Below, piece after piece: positions 36,263-46,201 of a stretch of 64,000 bases of DNA. The notes below the pieces were generated by a model. The model was not told the DNA's origin. It was given only the letters and a program-made list of their open reading frames with translations, and did no database searches. The position numbers were made by a program, and so were the translations under genes. Every line of letters begins with the position of its first letter. Positions within the stretch are counted from its first letter, which is position 1. The stretch comes from Fibrobacteria bacterium. GTDB taxonomy: Bacteria > Fibrobacterota > Fibrobacteria > UBA11236 > JADFYW01. The stretch lies in the NCBI GenBank assembly GCA_050294405.1, contig JBNKOC010000016.1, positions 160,001 through 224,000 of the forward strand, given 5' to 3'.

Positions 36263-37357
36263 GTGCAAATAGATTTTCATCATGCAGTTACATATGTGGT
36301 GTCTCGCCTAGCTGGATTTAGCTACGATGAGGCTAATATTATTGCCTATTCTTCTCAGTACGTGGACGACGCCACCAATGCCGGAAAGATAGAGTTTAGC
36401 AATGGCGCTGGTTATGAGCGTATCAGCTCAGCCCATAAAATGTTGGATTACCGCAACTTTAAAGAACTAGCAAACCATCAAGTTTGGGTTCCTTTTCATT
36501 TTTTACCTGGAAATGGAATGATGCCAGCCGGGGAAAACCCGGATGGTTCTTTTATTCAAAAATTAGTTTGCAGACCAAACAGCCCTATTGCCCAAGATGT
36601 GGTACGCAGTTGCATTGATGAAAATTATCGGCCTTATGCCCTCCACCGCTTGGGAATTACCATGCATGTGTATGCCGATACCTGGGCTCATCAAAATTTT
36701 GCTGGAGTATGCCATACGGTAAACGAAGTTATAGACTTGGAAGATAATGATCCCAATAGCGATGGGATAGCAAACAGGTTGAGAAATTTTTTCGGTGACG
36801 CTTTTGAGAGTTTGCAATCCCGGACTCTGGATTCTTTTCCATTGGGCCATGGCGCCGCTTTAACCCATCCCGATATGCCCTTTTTAAAATGGAATTACCA
36901 TAACGGATTGGGAGAGCGTATTGTGCGAGACAATACTCGTGACTTTTTAGAAGCCATCGAACATATGTTTGTCGCTATGAAGCGTTTCCAAGCGGGTAAT
37001 TCCAGTTTAGAGGTAAAGGAAAAAATTGGAGAAAAAGACTTTAAGCAAATAGAATCCAATTTTCTTCAGTTTATCGATAGAGATGGCGAAAAAAGGGAAG
37101 AACTTTGGATTGAATCTATTTCCAAAGGTGATTTTAGTTTTGGTTCTGAATACATAGGCTATATTCCCAAAGGTATAAACTCCTGGAAATACGTAGCCCT
37201 TGAAGATAAGGACCATATTCAAAAGAAGGATAACAAATACAGTTACAGCAGCGAGTTTTTGAAATCCGACTGGAAGCTGTTCCACGATGCAATTCAAGTG
37301 CACCGAATTCGGGTTTTGCGGGATATTTTGCCGGATTATGGTATTTGCTGCGCTTAG
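36263..37357 (+). CDS. DUF6765-like protein (zinc phospholipase C/P1 nuclease-like His/Asp motifs)
   Basis: MQIDFHH..TYVVSRLAGF, SQYVDD, WVPFHFLPG, GITMHVYADTWAHQNF, LGHG..LTHPD; GTG at 36263 behind GAGGTG. Confidence 0.7.
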   Translation: MQIDFHHAVTYVVSRLAGFSYDEANIIAYSSQYVDDATNAGKIEFSNGAGYERISSAHKMLDYRNFKELANHQVWVPFHFLPGNGMMPAGENPDGSFIQKLVCRPNSPIAQDVVRSCIDENYRPYALHRLGITMHVYADTWAHQNFAGVCHTVNEVIDLEDNDPNSDGIANRLRNFFGDAFESLQSRTLDSFPLGHGAALTHPDMPFLKWNYHNGLGERIVRDNTRDFLEAIEHMFVAMKRFQAGNSSLEVKEKIGEKDFKQIESNFLQFIDRDGEKREELWIESISKGDFSFGSEYIGYIPKGINSWKYVALEDKDHIQKKDNKYSYSSEFLKSDWKLFHDAIQVHRIRVLRDILPDYGICCA

Positions 37358-37426
37358 TCCTTAAGCCGGAAGTTATTTGGACTTTTTGATATGCAAACTA
37401 TGCATGGGATCAATATCTTAAGTATA

Positions 37427-37452
37427 AAAAAAGGCTCAAATGAGCCTTTTTT
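37427..37452. terminator. bidirectional intrinsic terminator
   Basis: AAAAAAGGCTCA-AA-TGAGCCTTTTTT between convergent genes. Confidence 0.8.
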
Positions 37453-37478
37453 GAATTAAATTAATTTTTCCAGGAAAA

Positions 37479-37886
37479 CTAGGCTCTTTTAAACCAGGGG
37501 TGGGCTAAAATGGCTCCGATTATGTACAGAACAAGGGCTGCAATGGTTAAATAATAAAACATCATTCCCGAACCCTGAGAGGTGCCGCCGCCTCGAAGAC
37601 CATTGGTAAACATGTCCACAATAATATGGCCTCCATGGGTAAATACTCCCATTATCAACATAGACCACCAAGCCCATTTTTCTTTATTTTGAAAAGGCTT
37701 TGTGGTAATTAGAATAAAGAAAAGGGTAAAGCCTAAATAGTAAGCAAGTCCTGTTAATTGGTGGAATTGGGCGTGGTGGGGCCAATCTTCTTTAAAATGC
37801 CGGAGGCAGCCCCGGGTTTCCAAAACAGCAAAAGTCAAGGCGATAGCCCTACATATCCATAATCCAATTTTGGTTTTGATGTCCAT
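37479..37886 (-). CDS. small four-TM membrane protein (DUF6640-like)
   Basis: WPHHAQFH motif and four hydrophobic segments; GGAG RBS. Confidence 0.65.
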   Translation of the reverse strand: MDIKTKIGLWICRAIALTFAVLETRGCLRHFKEDWPHHAQFHQLTGLAYYLGFTLFFILITTKPFQNKEKWAWWSMLIMGVFTHGGHIIVDMFTNGLRGGGTSQGSGMMFYYLTIAALVLYIIGAILAHPWFKRA

Positions 37887-37893
37887 ATCACTC

Positions 37894-39039
37894 CTATCCA
37901 GCTACGTTAAGTGGATCACTATGCGTTGCGCTGTTTTTTTGTTTTTTATGTTTGTCTAAAAATTGAACCAATCTGGGAAAAATATCCAAGTGGTTGGTTT
38001 TGCCCATAAATACATCCTGATGACCGTAATTATCAAAAACATGTAACTCATGACGCCCAGGAACAATTTTTTCCAGGCGCCTATGGCATTCAATATTTGA
38101 ATCGGTAAAAACGTAGTTGTTTTTGCCTGTCATAAATAATACAGGTGTTTCAATTTCTTCGGCGTATTCGAAATAATTATTAGGCAGGGAAGCGTATTTT
38201 GAATCATCTTCCTTGTATTTAACAGCAGTATTGTTATTGCGCACCATTTTAAGAACATGGCGGTAATAATTCATACTGGTTCCTCCGTATAAATCGCCTC
38301 CCCGTTTGTGGGTTACATCGTGCAAATTGTCGTGGCTATACAATGCAGGCCAACCTGTTCCCCAGAGCAAACTTAACATATGGCAGGCTGGCACATCGCA
38401 CTCCCGGTGAAATAAAGAATTGATTTTGCTAAAGATTTTTCCTCTGGAAAGAAAAGGATCCTCGGACCACATTGGATTTAGATATGTTATTCCCAAAACC
38501 TTTTCCACCATAAAGGGCGCCATGGACAATTTTATTTTAGACCAAGTGGGTACCCGGGGGGTTAAAGCCACACTGTTGGCAATAACACTTTTTATACCCG
38601 TAATGGCTTTTCCAAACAGACTCATCATAAAAGAAGCTGAACCAAGACAGTGGCATATGACGTGGATATTTTTGTCACCAACCATCTCTCTTAAAACCTT
38701 TAAGGCTGCGGGGTAATCGTTCATGGCGATGTCATCCATATTGTAATTGTGCAGGGATAAGTTGTAATTATGCCTGTTGCTCATGCGAAAATCCAGGCAA
38801 AAAACATCTTTATAACCGTTGTCGTGGAGGAATTTTACAAGATTATAATGTTCGGGCATTATAAACATATCCGTGGAAGTGGTTAACCCATGTATTATTA
38901 CCACGATATCATCGGATTCGTCTTGTTTAAACCTTTGGAAACTGAGGCCAAGTTTATCCTCGGTGTTAAACGGGATATTTTCGATGGCACAGTCGGGGAC
39001 TCCCTCGGTAGTGTATAAGGGTATTTCTCTTTGATACAT
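37894..39039 (-). CDS. alpha/beta hydrolase of the type associated with cholesterol oxidase-like GMC enzymes
   Basis: IIHGLTTSTDMF, DFRMS, nucleophile elbow CHCLGS, YGHQDVF. Confidence 0.85.
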   Translation of the reverse strand: MYQREIPLYTTEGVPDCAIENIPFNTEDKLGLSFQRFKQDESDDIVVIIHGLTTSTDMFIMPEHYNLVKFLHDNGYKDVFCLDFRMSNRHNYNLSLHNYNMDDIAMNDYPAALKVLREMVGDKNIHVICHCLGSASFMMSLFGKAITGIKSVIANSVALTPRVPTWSKIKLSMAPFMVEKVLGITYLNPMWSEDPFLSRGKIFSKINSLFHRECDVPACHMLSLLWGTGWPALYSHDNLHDVTHKRGGDLYGGTSMNYYRHVLKMVRNNNTAVKYKEDDSKYASLPNNYFEYAEEIETPVLFMTGKNNYVFTDSNIECHRRLEKIVPGRHELHVFDNYGHQDVFMGKTNHLDIFPRLVQFLDKHKKQKNSATHSDPLNVAG

Positions 39040-39051
39040 GCTTCCTCCGGA

Positions 39052-41394
39052 TTAAGTATAAATTTCCAGAACTTCTTTACTGAAAAAAGCCGAAAAAGTA
39101 GCAACGGCTTTTGCCTTGTCTTTTAGCCCTTTTGCATTTACGGCTTGAACAGTAGTAATTTGCTTCATAAAATCTGCTGGGGCTATTTTGAGGATGCCTT
39201 TGCCCACCACGGTTTTTTTGTCCTCTTCAAAAACAGTAATATAAAGAGTGGTAGTATCCTCCCACATATCAAAACCTTTATCGTCCCGTACTACTTTATA
39301 CCCATCAAAGAAAAACTCTTTGCCTTCGGCAGAATGCAAAGTCATTTTGTATTTCATATAGCGGGTGTTGGGATCTTTTTCGTCTTTAACAAACAGTTGA
39401 AAAAGTCCATCACTGGCAGTTAAAGGCTCTGGAGACAGGGAAGGCGCAATTACTGTTCCCAAAATGGAGGCTCGATGCCCAGGTTCAGACACCATCTTTT
39501 CCACATCTCGAGAAACAATAGTTAAAACAAATTCAAAATATCCTTTTTCGGGGCTGGCTTTGCCCAATTCAAAGCCTTTTGAAAAATCTGATTTTTCATC
39601 GGCAGAAAAATAGCCCTTCATTTTTTCTGTAAATTTGACTCCCAGTTTTTGGCTAGTAGTATCGAATTTGGCATCGGTATGGGTAAAATCGTAATTAAAG
39701 CTTTTGCCATAGTCCTGGGCAATATGTTCGCAGATCCGCTCGGATAAAGCGCAAATAGTCAACAAAGGGTTTACCCCCAAACTTCTGGGTATAATGGCAC
39801 CATCACTAACATAAAGCCCTTCATATACATCCGTTCCCTCGGAATCACAAAACACCTGGCCTTTGTGGTTGACCACTCCATCGCTGGCGCTTTGAGCCAT
39901 AGGGCATCCTCCTAAAGGATGAACCGTAACTAATTGATTATTTAGCAATTCATTGGTGATGGGGTTTTTAACAAAGGTGCCTCCCAAAGCCTTGGCGGCA
40001 TTTTCCATAGCCCGGTTATCTCTTTTTACAAATTGGCGATCTCCCACCCTTGGCCATTTAACACGAACCCTATCTTTTTCTAATACGAGTTCGCCATCGC
40101 TTCCGTCATGGGACATAATCAAATAGGTCTGCGTATTATCCACAGCACCTTTGTATGGACCCATTAAAAGGCCAAGGCTTTCCCTCCATTTTTCCTGGAG
40201 CCGGTCTTTAAATCCAGAATCGGTATCTTTGCCCACAGCCTTGGCTCCAGCGGCAAAAGCCCCTGCTAACATTTTTCCCAGGGCGCCGGGAATAGAACCT
40301 TCTTCTAATACAAAACCCTCTTCAATGGCTGGAGATTTTCGAGCGTCAATAACAGAACTGATACATGGTCCTACAGCGTCCATAGATTCAGGTTCTTTGT
40401 CGCCAAATCCAATTCCGTTTATTTCCTCATCGGCATTGTAACAAAAACCCAGGATGTCACCGTTGCCTGTAAATTTTTTACCCAATTGGGAAGAAGTATT
40501 TAGACCATGTTGTCGGCTACGCAGGAGTATTTCTGTGCTACCTAATGTTCCTGCGGACACAACCACTAATTTCGCACTCACCGATAGGGGAGGGGCCTTA
40601 AACTTTTCCCTTCCGGCAGCGGCAGGTTGAAAATGAACAATCCAGTTTCCTCCAGCTTTTTCCACATAGTGCACATTTGCCTGGCAAAAAATTTCGGCGC
40701 CATGGTTTTTTGCATCTGGAAGGTAATTCATTTGAGTAGTATTTTTGGAAGTGTGGTTGCAGCCTGTAACACAATCTCCACATAATACACAAGCTTTTTG
40801 AGAAACCCCAACATGGTTCACCTTATCTTCGAAGTTTACATTGATAGGTGTTTTTTTAAACTCCAAGTGACTCCATTCAGAGTCTTGCTTTAGGAATTGG
40901 GAAGACTTTTCGTGGGCCGCCAGCTTTTTAAGACTGTTTATTTCACCGGGATAGGGGTTAGCTTTAAGCATGTCACGGGCGATATTGTAGTATTTTTCGA
41001 ATTCCTGGGCATTGCCTCTGATTTCAGAGGGCCAGCTTTTATCCTGCAGTATTCTTGTATCGGCTTCGAGGGATACATTGGCATTTACAAGGCTGGTGCC
41101 GCCTAATCCACATCCCTGAAATACATTTACTTCTTTATTTACTCTAAAATCATAAAGCCCAGTGGGGTTACCCACGTGGCCAAACTCAGTGTCTGCCTGC
41201 ATTTCCCGGGTGGATTCTTCTAAGGTATCGGGAAATTCACCGGGGAGAAATTCTTTACCTCTTTCCAACAGGGCTACGGAAAACCCTGCTCTGGATAGTC
41301 TGGAAGCAGAAATGGAGCCACCATATCCAGAGCCAATAACCACAACATCGTAATGACTTTTTATTTTTTCCAAAGGTGTGGACAACCTTTTCAT
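39052..41394 (-). CDS. GMC-family flavin oxidoreductase (cholesterol oxidase ChoD-like) with extra C-terminal domain
   Basis: VIGSGYGG, LERG, GLGGTSLVNANV, CVLCGDCVTGC, AGTLGSTEILLRS, TVHPLGGC, GVNPLLTI; C-terminal FTEKMKG..DTTTLY domain. Confidence 0.88.
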   Translation of the reverse strand: MKRLSTPLEKIKSHYDVVVIGSGYGGSISASRLSRAGFSVALLERGKEFLPGEFPDTLEESTREMQADTEFGHVGNPTGLYDFRVNKEVNVFQGCGLGGTSLVNANVSLEADTRILQDKSWPSEIRGNAQEFEKYYNIARDMLKANPYPGEINSLKKLAAHEKSSQFLKQDSEWSHLEFKKTPINVNFEDKVNHVGVSQKACVLCGDCVTGCNHTSKNTTQMNYLPDAKNHGAEIFCQANVHYVEKAGGNWIVHFQPAAAGREKFKAPPLSVSAKLVVVSAGTLGSTEILLRSRQHGLNTSSQLGKKFTGNGDILGFCYNADEEINGIGFGDKEPESMDAVGPCISSVIDARKSPAIEEGFVLEEGSIPGALGKMLAGAFAAGAKAVGKDTDSGFKDRLQEKWRESLGLLMGPYKGAVDNTQTYLIMSHDGSDGELVLEKDRVRVKWPRVGDRQFVKRDNRAMENAAKALGGTFVKNPITNELLNNQLVTVHPLGGCPMAQSASDGVVNHKGQVFCDSEGTDVYEGLYVSDGAIIPRSLGVNPLLTICALSERICEHIAQDYGKSFNYDFTHTDAKFDTTSQKLGVKFTEKMKGYFSADEKSDFSKGFELGKASPEKGYFEFVLTIVSRDVEKMVSEPGHRASILGTVIAPSLSPEPLTASDGLFQLFVKDEKDPNTRYMKYKMTLHSAEGKEFFFDGYKVVRDDKGFDMWEDTTTLYITVFEEDKKTVVGKGILKIAPADFMKQITTVQAVNAKGLKDKAKAVATFSAFFSKEVLEIYT

Positions 41395-41462
41395 GAATCC
41401 TCCAGAGGTGAAAAGACAAAAAGTTCAAAAAATTAAAAGTATGTGGCAATAAAAAAAGCAGT

Positions 41463-42194
41463 TTATTTTTCGGGCTTTTGCAAAAGGATAAGTGAAGATT
41501 CTTTAAATGGAATAATATCTGTAAAAAGAAATCCTTTAAAACATTGCATAATTGTTTGCAAGGACCAGGAATGCAAATAGAAGAAATGCTTTTTATCCAT
41601 GTTTAAAACCGGAGTGAGTATGAAATATCCTCCTGGTTTGAGAGCTCTATTTATATTGGCAAAAGTTTTTTCCAGCTTGGATTTATCCACAATATGCTGG
41701 ATGACATCAATTAGAAGAATAAAATCGAACTCACCCTCAAGTTCTTCTACAGAAATATCTTGCTGGATTAAATGAATACCAGGATATTCGCTTTCGAATT
41801 TTTCAAAGAAGCTGTTGGTAATATCCACACCGGTGTAATCTTTAGCGCCGTTATTGAATAATATTTTGGTATAAAAGCCATTTCCCAGCCCAATTTCCAA
41901 AATTTTAAGGCTTGCAAAATCAAGCTGGTGTTTTTGGCTTAAGGATAGGAATTTATCCCTGCAGGCGTTGTAATAGGCAACATTTTCTTCTTCATTAAGT
42001 GCCTCATCTCCCGGGGCCAGATGATCCTGATGGAATTTGGTAAACCTGTCATCCCAATATTTTTTAGCCTGGTAATCGCTGCCTTTTCCATATTTGAGGG
42101 GGCCCAATGTGTATTTATAAAGGACCCTTTTTACCATTCCAAGGGGGTTTCGTTTAAATCGAGTGGAAATTTCCTTAAAACTGTTTACATCCAT
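41463..42194 (-). CDS. class I SAM-dependent methyltransferase
   Basis: ILEIGLGNG, YTGVDI, FDFI..IDVIQHI, LKPGG. Confidence 0.88.
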   Translation of the reverse strand: MDVNSFKEISTRFKRNPLGMVKRVLYKYTLGPLKYGKGSDYQAKKYWDDRFTKFHQDHLAPGDEALNEEENVAYYNACRDKFLSLSQKHQLDFASLKILEIGLGNGFYTKILFNNGAKDYTGVDITNSFFEKFESEYPGIHLIQQDISVEELEGEFDFILLIDVIQHIVDKSKLEKTFANINRALKPGGYFILTPVLNMDKKHFFYLHSWSLQTIMQCFKGFLFTDIIPFKESSLILLQKPEK

Positions 42195-42218
42195 GCTGGA
42201 GGTTAATTTAAATAAAAC

Positions 42219-42422
42219 CTACACAATGCGGTAGGTTCTAAACAGCACTCTTAAAAATACATCCAGCCAGCCCCCCACAATTCCAAAGTGTATTTTAGAA
42301 CGCTCCAGGAATTTTAAAGTAATTAGTTTTGGCAGGTTCACTACTATATCAAGCAATAAAGCTACCCAAAATCCACATCCTACCCAAAGTGCTACGAAAC
42401 CGATCCAAATAATGCTTTTCAT
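42219..42422 (-). CDS. small hydrophobic membrane protein (67 aa)
   Basis: ATG at 42422 behind AGGAGG; hydrophobic sequence; same strand as the downstream operon. Confidence 0.55.
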   Translation of the reverse strand: MKSIIWIGFVALWVGCGFWVALLLDIVVNLPKLITLKFLERSKIHFGIVGGWLDVFLRVLFRTYRIV

Positions 42423-42510
42423 TTTTTCCTCCTGGTTTAACCAAAAAATGATAGATGTATAAGACAACTAAACATCTGATACAAAACTATTATTTTTGAA
42501 TCTGGCAATC

Positions 42511-42526
42511 TGTGACCTGGGTCACA
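42511..42526. promoter_or_regulatory. CRP/FNR-family binding site, perfect TGTGA-N6-TCACA
   Basis: TGTGACCTGGGTCACA, intergenic, ~90 nt upstream of the 42422 start. Confidence 0.6.
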
Positions 42527-42538
42527 GGGGAAAGGGAG

Positions 42539-42554
42539 TGTGATTTAGATCAAA
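42539..42554. promoter_or_regulatory. second CRP/FNR-like site, TGTGA-N6-TCAAA
   Basis: TGTGATTTAGATCAAA, 28 bp from the first site; overlaps the TonB receptor stop codon. Confidence 0.45.
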
Positions 42555-45294
42555 TTTGTATTTCGCAACCGAAAAACAAAAAGGGAAAGGGCCAGTTAAG
42601 CTCCGCGGCTTTAAGTTGTCCGGTCTTTGCATCCCGGGAAAAATAATTGGGACGGTTAAAAGCATTCCAAATTTCCATATATGTTTTTAATGAGTAACCA
42701 AACAAACGCGAGTTTTTTCCAAGTCTGATATCCGCCCGGCTATACACAGCCAGTTCACCGGAATTTCTTTGGCCAATGTATATTAAATCCTGCTCTCCAT
42801 ATAAATTAGGATCATCCTGCAAAGTTCCAGAGTATGGAGTGTAGGGATGGCCTGCAGCCATTTGAAAAGAAAAACTTATTTCGTATTGGCTGGGCATTTT
42901 AAAATAATTTATCCAGTTCATGGCCCAGGGCCTGAAGTAGCGGTATTCATAAGTAACTTCTCTGGGAGAATCTTTTCTATAACTTTTGTTGGCCTCCAAA
43001 GTAACCCAGCCAAACCAGGTAGGAGAATATTGATAGTATAAGCCTAACTCTCCTCCAAAGGCTTGTCCGCTGCCCTCATTGAGGTAACTGATATTCTGGT
43101 CTCCAAACAGAAAAAGAGCCTGGGAAGTCTGTTCTTCATTGAGGCCTGCAAGGCCACCTGAGTTTTTAATATAGTCCCTTAGGTACATCTGGGTTTCTGG
43201 GGAAATTCCTGAGTATGGCCGCGGAATCAAAAGGCTCTGGGCGTCTATTTCCCCCTGGGGAATAAGAATGGGGTTTACCAGGTCCCAGTACTTTTTATAA
43301 TAAGCCCCCAGCTTAATCTGGTATTTGGGACTAATGTCCCAGGAATAGGAAGAATTGAAGTTGGCGGATTTTTCGGACTTTAATTTAAAGTTGGAAGCCC
43401 TTTGGTAAAAGGGCAAAAAACTCTGATTGTGAAGTCCCAGGGAAAATTGAATTTGCTGTGAGGGATTTAAGTTGTGGGCGTATTGGGCCGAAGGGTTCCA
43501 GAAAATTTCTTCACTGAGGCTCTCTCTCTCCATTCTGCTGCCCAAATACAAATGTGAATTTTGATTCAAACTTCCTTCCCAGCTTGCAAATCCGGCAAGA
43601 GTTTGGGATTTGTATTCCCCCAGATGGTTAAACTGTATGCGCAGGGGAAGTTCTCCTAAATGGTCAAAAGTCCCCTTGGTTAAATCTATTCGCTGGATTT
43701 CAAAATTTTTGCTGGTATAAAATCCAAGGGCATCCAACATGTCCATGTTGCTGTTTAAAATCACATCGTAAAGGGGATAGGGCATTTGAGCCAGGTACTT
43801 GTTTCTGTTTTCCTGCAGGGAAAATCCCAAATTGTATTGCTGGTTTTTCTTTGTTTTGATATTTAAGAGAGACTTTAAATTTACTTGCTGTTGTTGCAAA
43901 TCCATGGCCAGAGGCCCTTCCACTTCCAACCCCTCTTTAAAGAGCACGTTCTGGCCCAATTGCTGGTATCCAGCAGATCCAGTCCATAACATATGGTCAT
44001 TTATATACCATTGGTAATTCAAAATATGCGCCTGTCCCTTTACTTGTAATTGGGAGAGAGAGTCCACTGCTAATTTTTTGGAGCGGTTGATTTCCTGGCG
44101 GGGAAATAAATTTACATCGGGAATAACATTGGAACCGGGGTTTAAGGTGGGGTCCGGTTTGGGTAAAATATTTTGAGCGGCGGGTATTACGATTTGGTAA
44201 TCGTCCTGGCTTATAAATCCGGAATAATTCACATAGTGGTTTTCGGCAGGAGTGTAAAACAGGCCCCATTGGTGATCCTGGAATTCGGGAAGGTTAAGCC
44301 GCTGTTTATAGCTTTCAATGTCCGAATTAAAATTGCTGTCAGAGGATGTATAGGATATACCTGTAAGTAAACTGTGGAGAGTTTTGCCAAACAAAAAATA
44401 CTGCCCTCCGCCCTGGACAGATAACTTGTTTTTTAAAATGGGGGTTTCAGCATACCAGTTGCTGCGCAACATACTGGCTTCTCCAAACAAATGCAGGCTG
44501 TCCGTGGATGGCTGGCGCAAATCAATTAGTATTTGCCCCGAAAGCCCTTGCTCCTCTTCCGCCCGAATTAAGGAAGAGCGCAATTCCAGTTTTTCCACGC
44601 TTTCCAGGTTGAAATTGGAAAATACTCCGCCAGTGTGGTATGGTTGTAACATGGGAATGCCATTTAAAAAGACCCGCACCTCTTCCCATTTTCCCCCACG
44701 GATGTATGGTTTAGCATTCAAATCATTTTGATTTTGTATTCCCGGGGTGCGTCCCAGACTTCTTATGGGATCTCCCATAGTGGAGGACATAATCTTAATA
44801 TGCTCTCTTTCCAACTCAAAGCTCTCCACAGGGACTTTTTTTGATACTACCCTATGGGTTTTTAGCTCCAAAGGCACAAAAGCCTTACCTATAGTTTTAG
44901 CTTGTTTTGGTAGAATAGCCGGCTTTAATATTTCTGGATTGATGTTAGTTTCGCTTTTCGCAGAATCGCTTCCATCAGGAGCTATTAGACTGTCCAGGGG
45001 GCGGTTGTCGTGAACAAATGGTATTTTCCCCAATGTTTCTGGCGGGTTATCTAAAACAGTTTCTGATGTTTTATCTGTTTGTGGGAGACTGTCAGCCGCA
45101 GTTCCGATTGTGTTGGGGCTTTCATATATGCTTGAGTCTGCATAGGTTTTTGATTTGGTTTGGGTTGATGCAAATATCTGGCTGCTGAAGGAGAAAAAAT
45201 AAAGGGATATCCAAACTATGCGGGTGTTTTTTATAACACCTAATAAAAATAGGACTACTGGGTTTGGCAAGGAAAAGCTCTTTAAAACTTCCAC
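42550..45294 (-). CDS. TonB-dependent receptor
   Basis: Plug motifs GDPIRSLGRTPGI, YIRGG, VFLNGIP..PYH, FSNFN; barrel end RADIRL, EIWNAFNRPN, FFGCEIQI. Start uncertain. Confidence 0.88.
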   Translation of the reverse strand: MEVLKSFSLPNPVVLFLLGVIKNTRIVWISLYFFSFSSQIFASTQTKSKTYADSSIYESPNTIGTAADSLPQTDKTSETVLDNPPETLGKIPFVHDNRPLDSLIAPDGSDSAKSETNINPEILKPAILPKQAKTIGKAFVPLELKTHRVVSKKVPVESFELEREHIKIMSSTMGDPIRSLGRTPGIQNQNDLNAKPYIRGGKWEEVRVFLNGIPMLQPYHTGGVFSNFNLESVEKLELRSSLIRAEEEQGLSGQILIDLRQPSTDSLHLFGEASMLRSNWYAETPILKNKLSVQGGGQYFLFGKTLHSLLTGISYTSSDSNFNSDIESYKQRLNLPEFQDHQWGLFYTPAENHYVNYSGFISQDDYQIVIPAAQNILPKPDPTLNPGSNVIPDVNLFPRQEINRSKKLAVDSLSQLQVKGQAHILNYQWYINDHMLWTGSAGYQQLGQNVLFKEGLEVEGPLAMDLQQQQVNLKSLLNIKTKKNQQYNLGFSLQENRNKYLAQMPYPLYDVILNSNMDMLDALGFYTSKNFEIQRIDLTKGTFDHLGELPLRIQFNHLGEYKSQTLAGFASWEGSLNQNSHLYLGSRMERESLSEEIFWNPSAQYAHNLNPSQQIQFSLGLHNQSFLPFYQRASNFKLKSEKSANFNSSYSWDISPKYQIKLGAYYKKYWDLVNPILIPQGEIDAQSLLIPRPYSGISPETQMYLRDYIKNSGGLAGLNEEQTSQALFLFGDQNISYLNEGSGQAFGGELGLYYQYSPTWFGWVTLEANKSYRKDSPREVTYEYRYFRPWAMNWINYFKMPSQYEISFSFQMAAGHPYTPYSGTLQDDPNLYGEQDLIYIGQRNSGELAVYSRADIRLGKNSRLFGYSLKTYMEIWNAFNRPNYFSRDAKTGQLKAAELNWPFPFLFFGCEIQI

Positions 45295-46073
45295 GCCACC
45301 CCCAGATTAAAATCCCACAATAAGGGACCCACATCCTCCTTGCGGATTTTTCGATTGCCATTGGCAATTTGGGGAAATGTCATATTAAGGTGAGGAATAA
45401 TAACATCGGGTAAAATGAGAATTTCCGGTAAACTCAGAGCAAGACCTGAGCCCAGTTGAAAGACCCACTCCTGTTTTCGGGGCAGGGGATCTTCAAAATC
45501 CTCATTTAAAACTTCGCTCACCTGGGTAGCAAGCCAGGTTTCTCTGGCGGCAAAAAACAATTCGTGACTTTTAAAAGGAAGACTAAGGGCATATTCGCCA
45601 AAAAAAGAATTGTCTGCCCAGATGCCAATGCCCCAACCCGCGGACAATTTATGGTATAAAGGCAGCTTAGAAATTCCGGGAAGTCCCAATGCCATTTTAA
45701 ATTCCATGGAAGCCGGGTTCGTGGGAAGTTCCAAATGCCATTCCAGTTCAACTCCCTTGAAGGGACCCCAGTTGTCCCTAACTCCCAGCCGGTAATTAAA
45801 ACTGCCCTTGGGAATGTAGCTCACTGAACTGTATTCAAAACTGCCTGTTCCATTTAGTTGCCCGCACCACTCCGCGTTTCCCGTGGTATCGGCGATTATT
45901 TCCACACACTTCCACAAGGGTTGACGTCCGCCACCCAGGGTGACCTGGCTGCTTCCTGCGGGCAGGGTTTTAGCTCCTGAAAAATGATGGGTGGAGTATA
46001 GGCAATGGTTAAAAACCAGCGCAAAGGCTAGAGGAATCCATTTTTTTCCAGGTTTGTAAAATGGCATGGGCAA
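45282..46073 (-). CDS. exported hypothetical protein, probable outer-membrane beta-barrel or lipoprotein
   Basis: Signal-like N-terminus ending in Cys, AKTLPAG motif, amphipathic strands, terminal LGVAWKF; overlaps the receptor ORF start. Confidence 0.6.
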   Translation of the reverse strand: MPMPFYKPGKKWIPLAFALVFNHCLYSTHHFSGAKTLPAGSSQVTLGGGRQPLWKCVEIIADTTGNAEWCGQLNGTGSFEYSSVSYIPKGSFNYRLGVRDNWGPFKGVELEWHLELPTNPASMEFKMALGLPGISKLPLYHKLSAGWGIGIWADNSFFGEYALSLPFKSHELFFAARETWLATQVSEVLNEDFEDPLPRKQEWVFQLGSGLALSLPEILILPDVIIPHLNMTFPQIANGNRKIRKEDVGPLLWDFNLGVAWKF

Positions 46074-46201
46074 AGAGCAAAAAACCGTTTGCCCTAATTT
46101 ATATTAAAGAGCCTTTGCCTTTGTCACACACTTGTAAAAAAGCAAAGAATATTTTTTTGCCTGTAAGGCAGGCTAAAAGGATATTATTCTTTGAGAATTA
46201 A

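Noticed and set aside
46121..46138. TTGTCAC-N4-TTGTAAA, PhoB/OmpR-like direct repeat in a divergent promoter region
   Set aside because: Only two degenerate half-sites and no supporting regulator; too weak to call.
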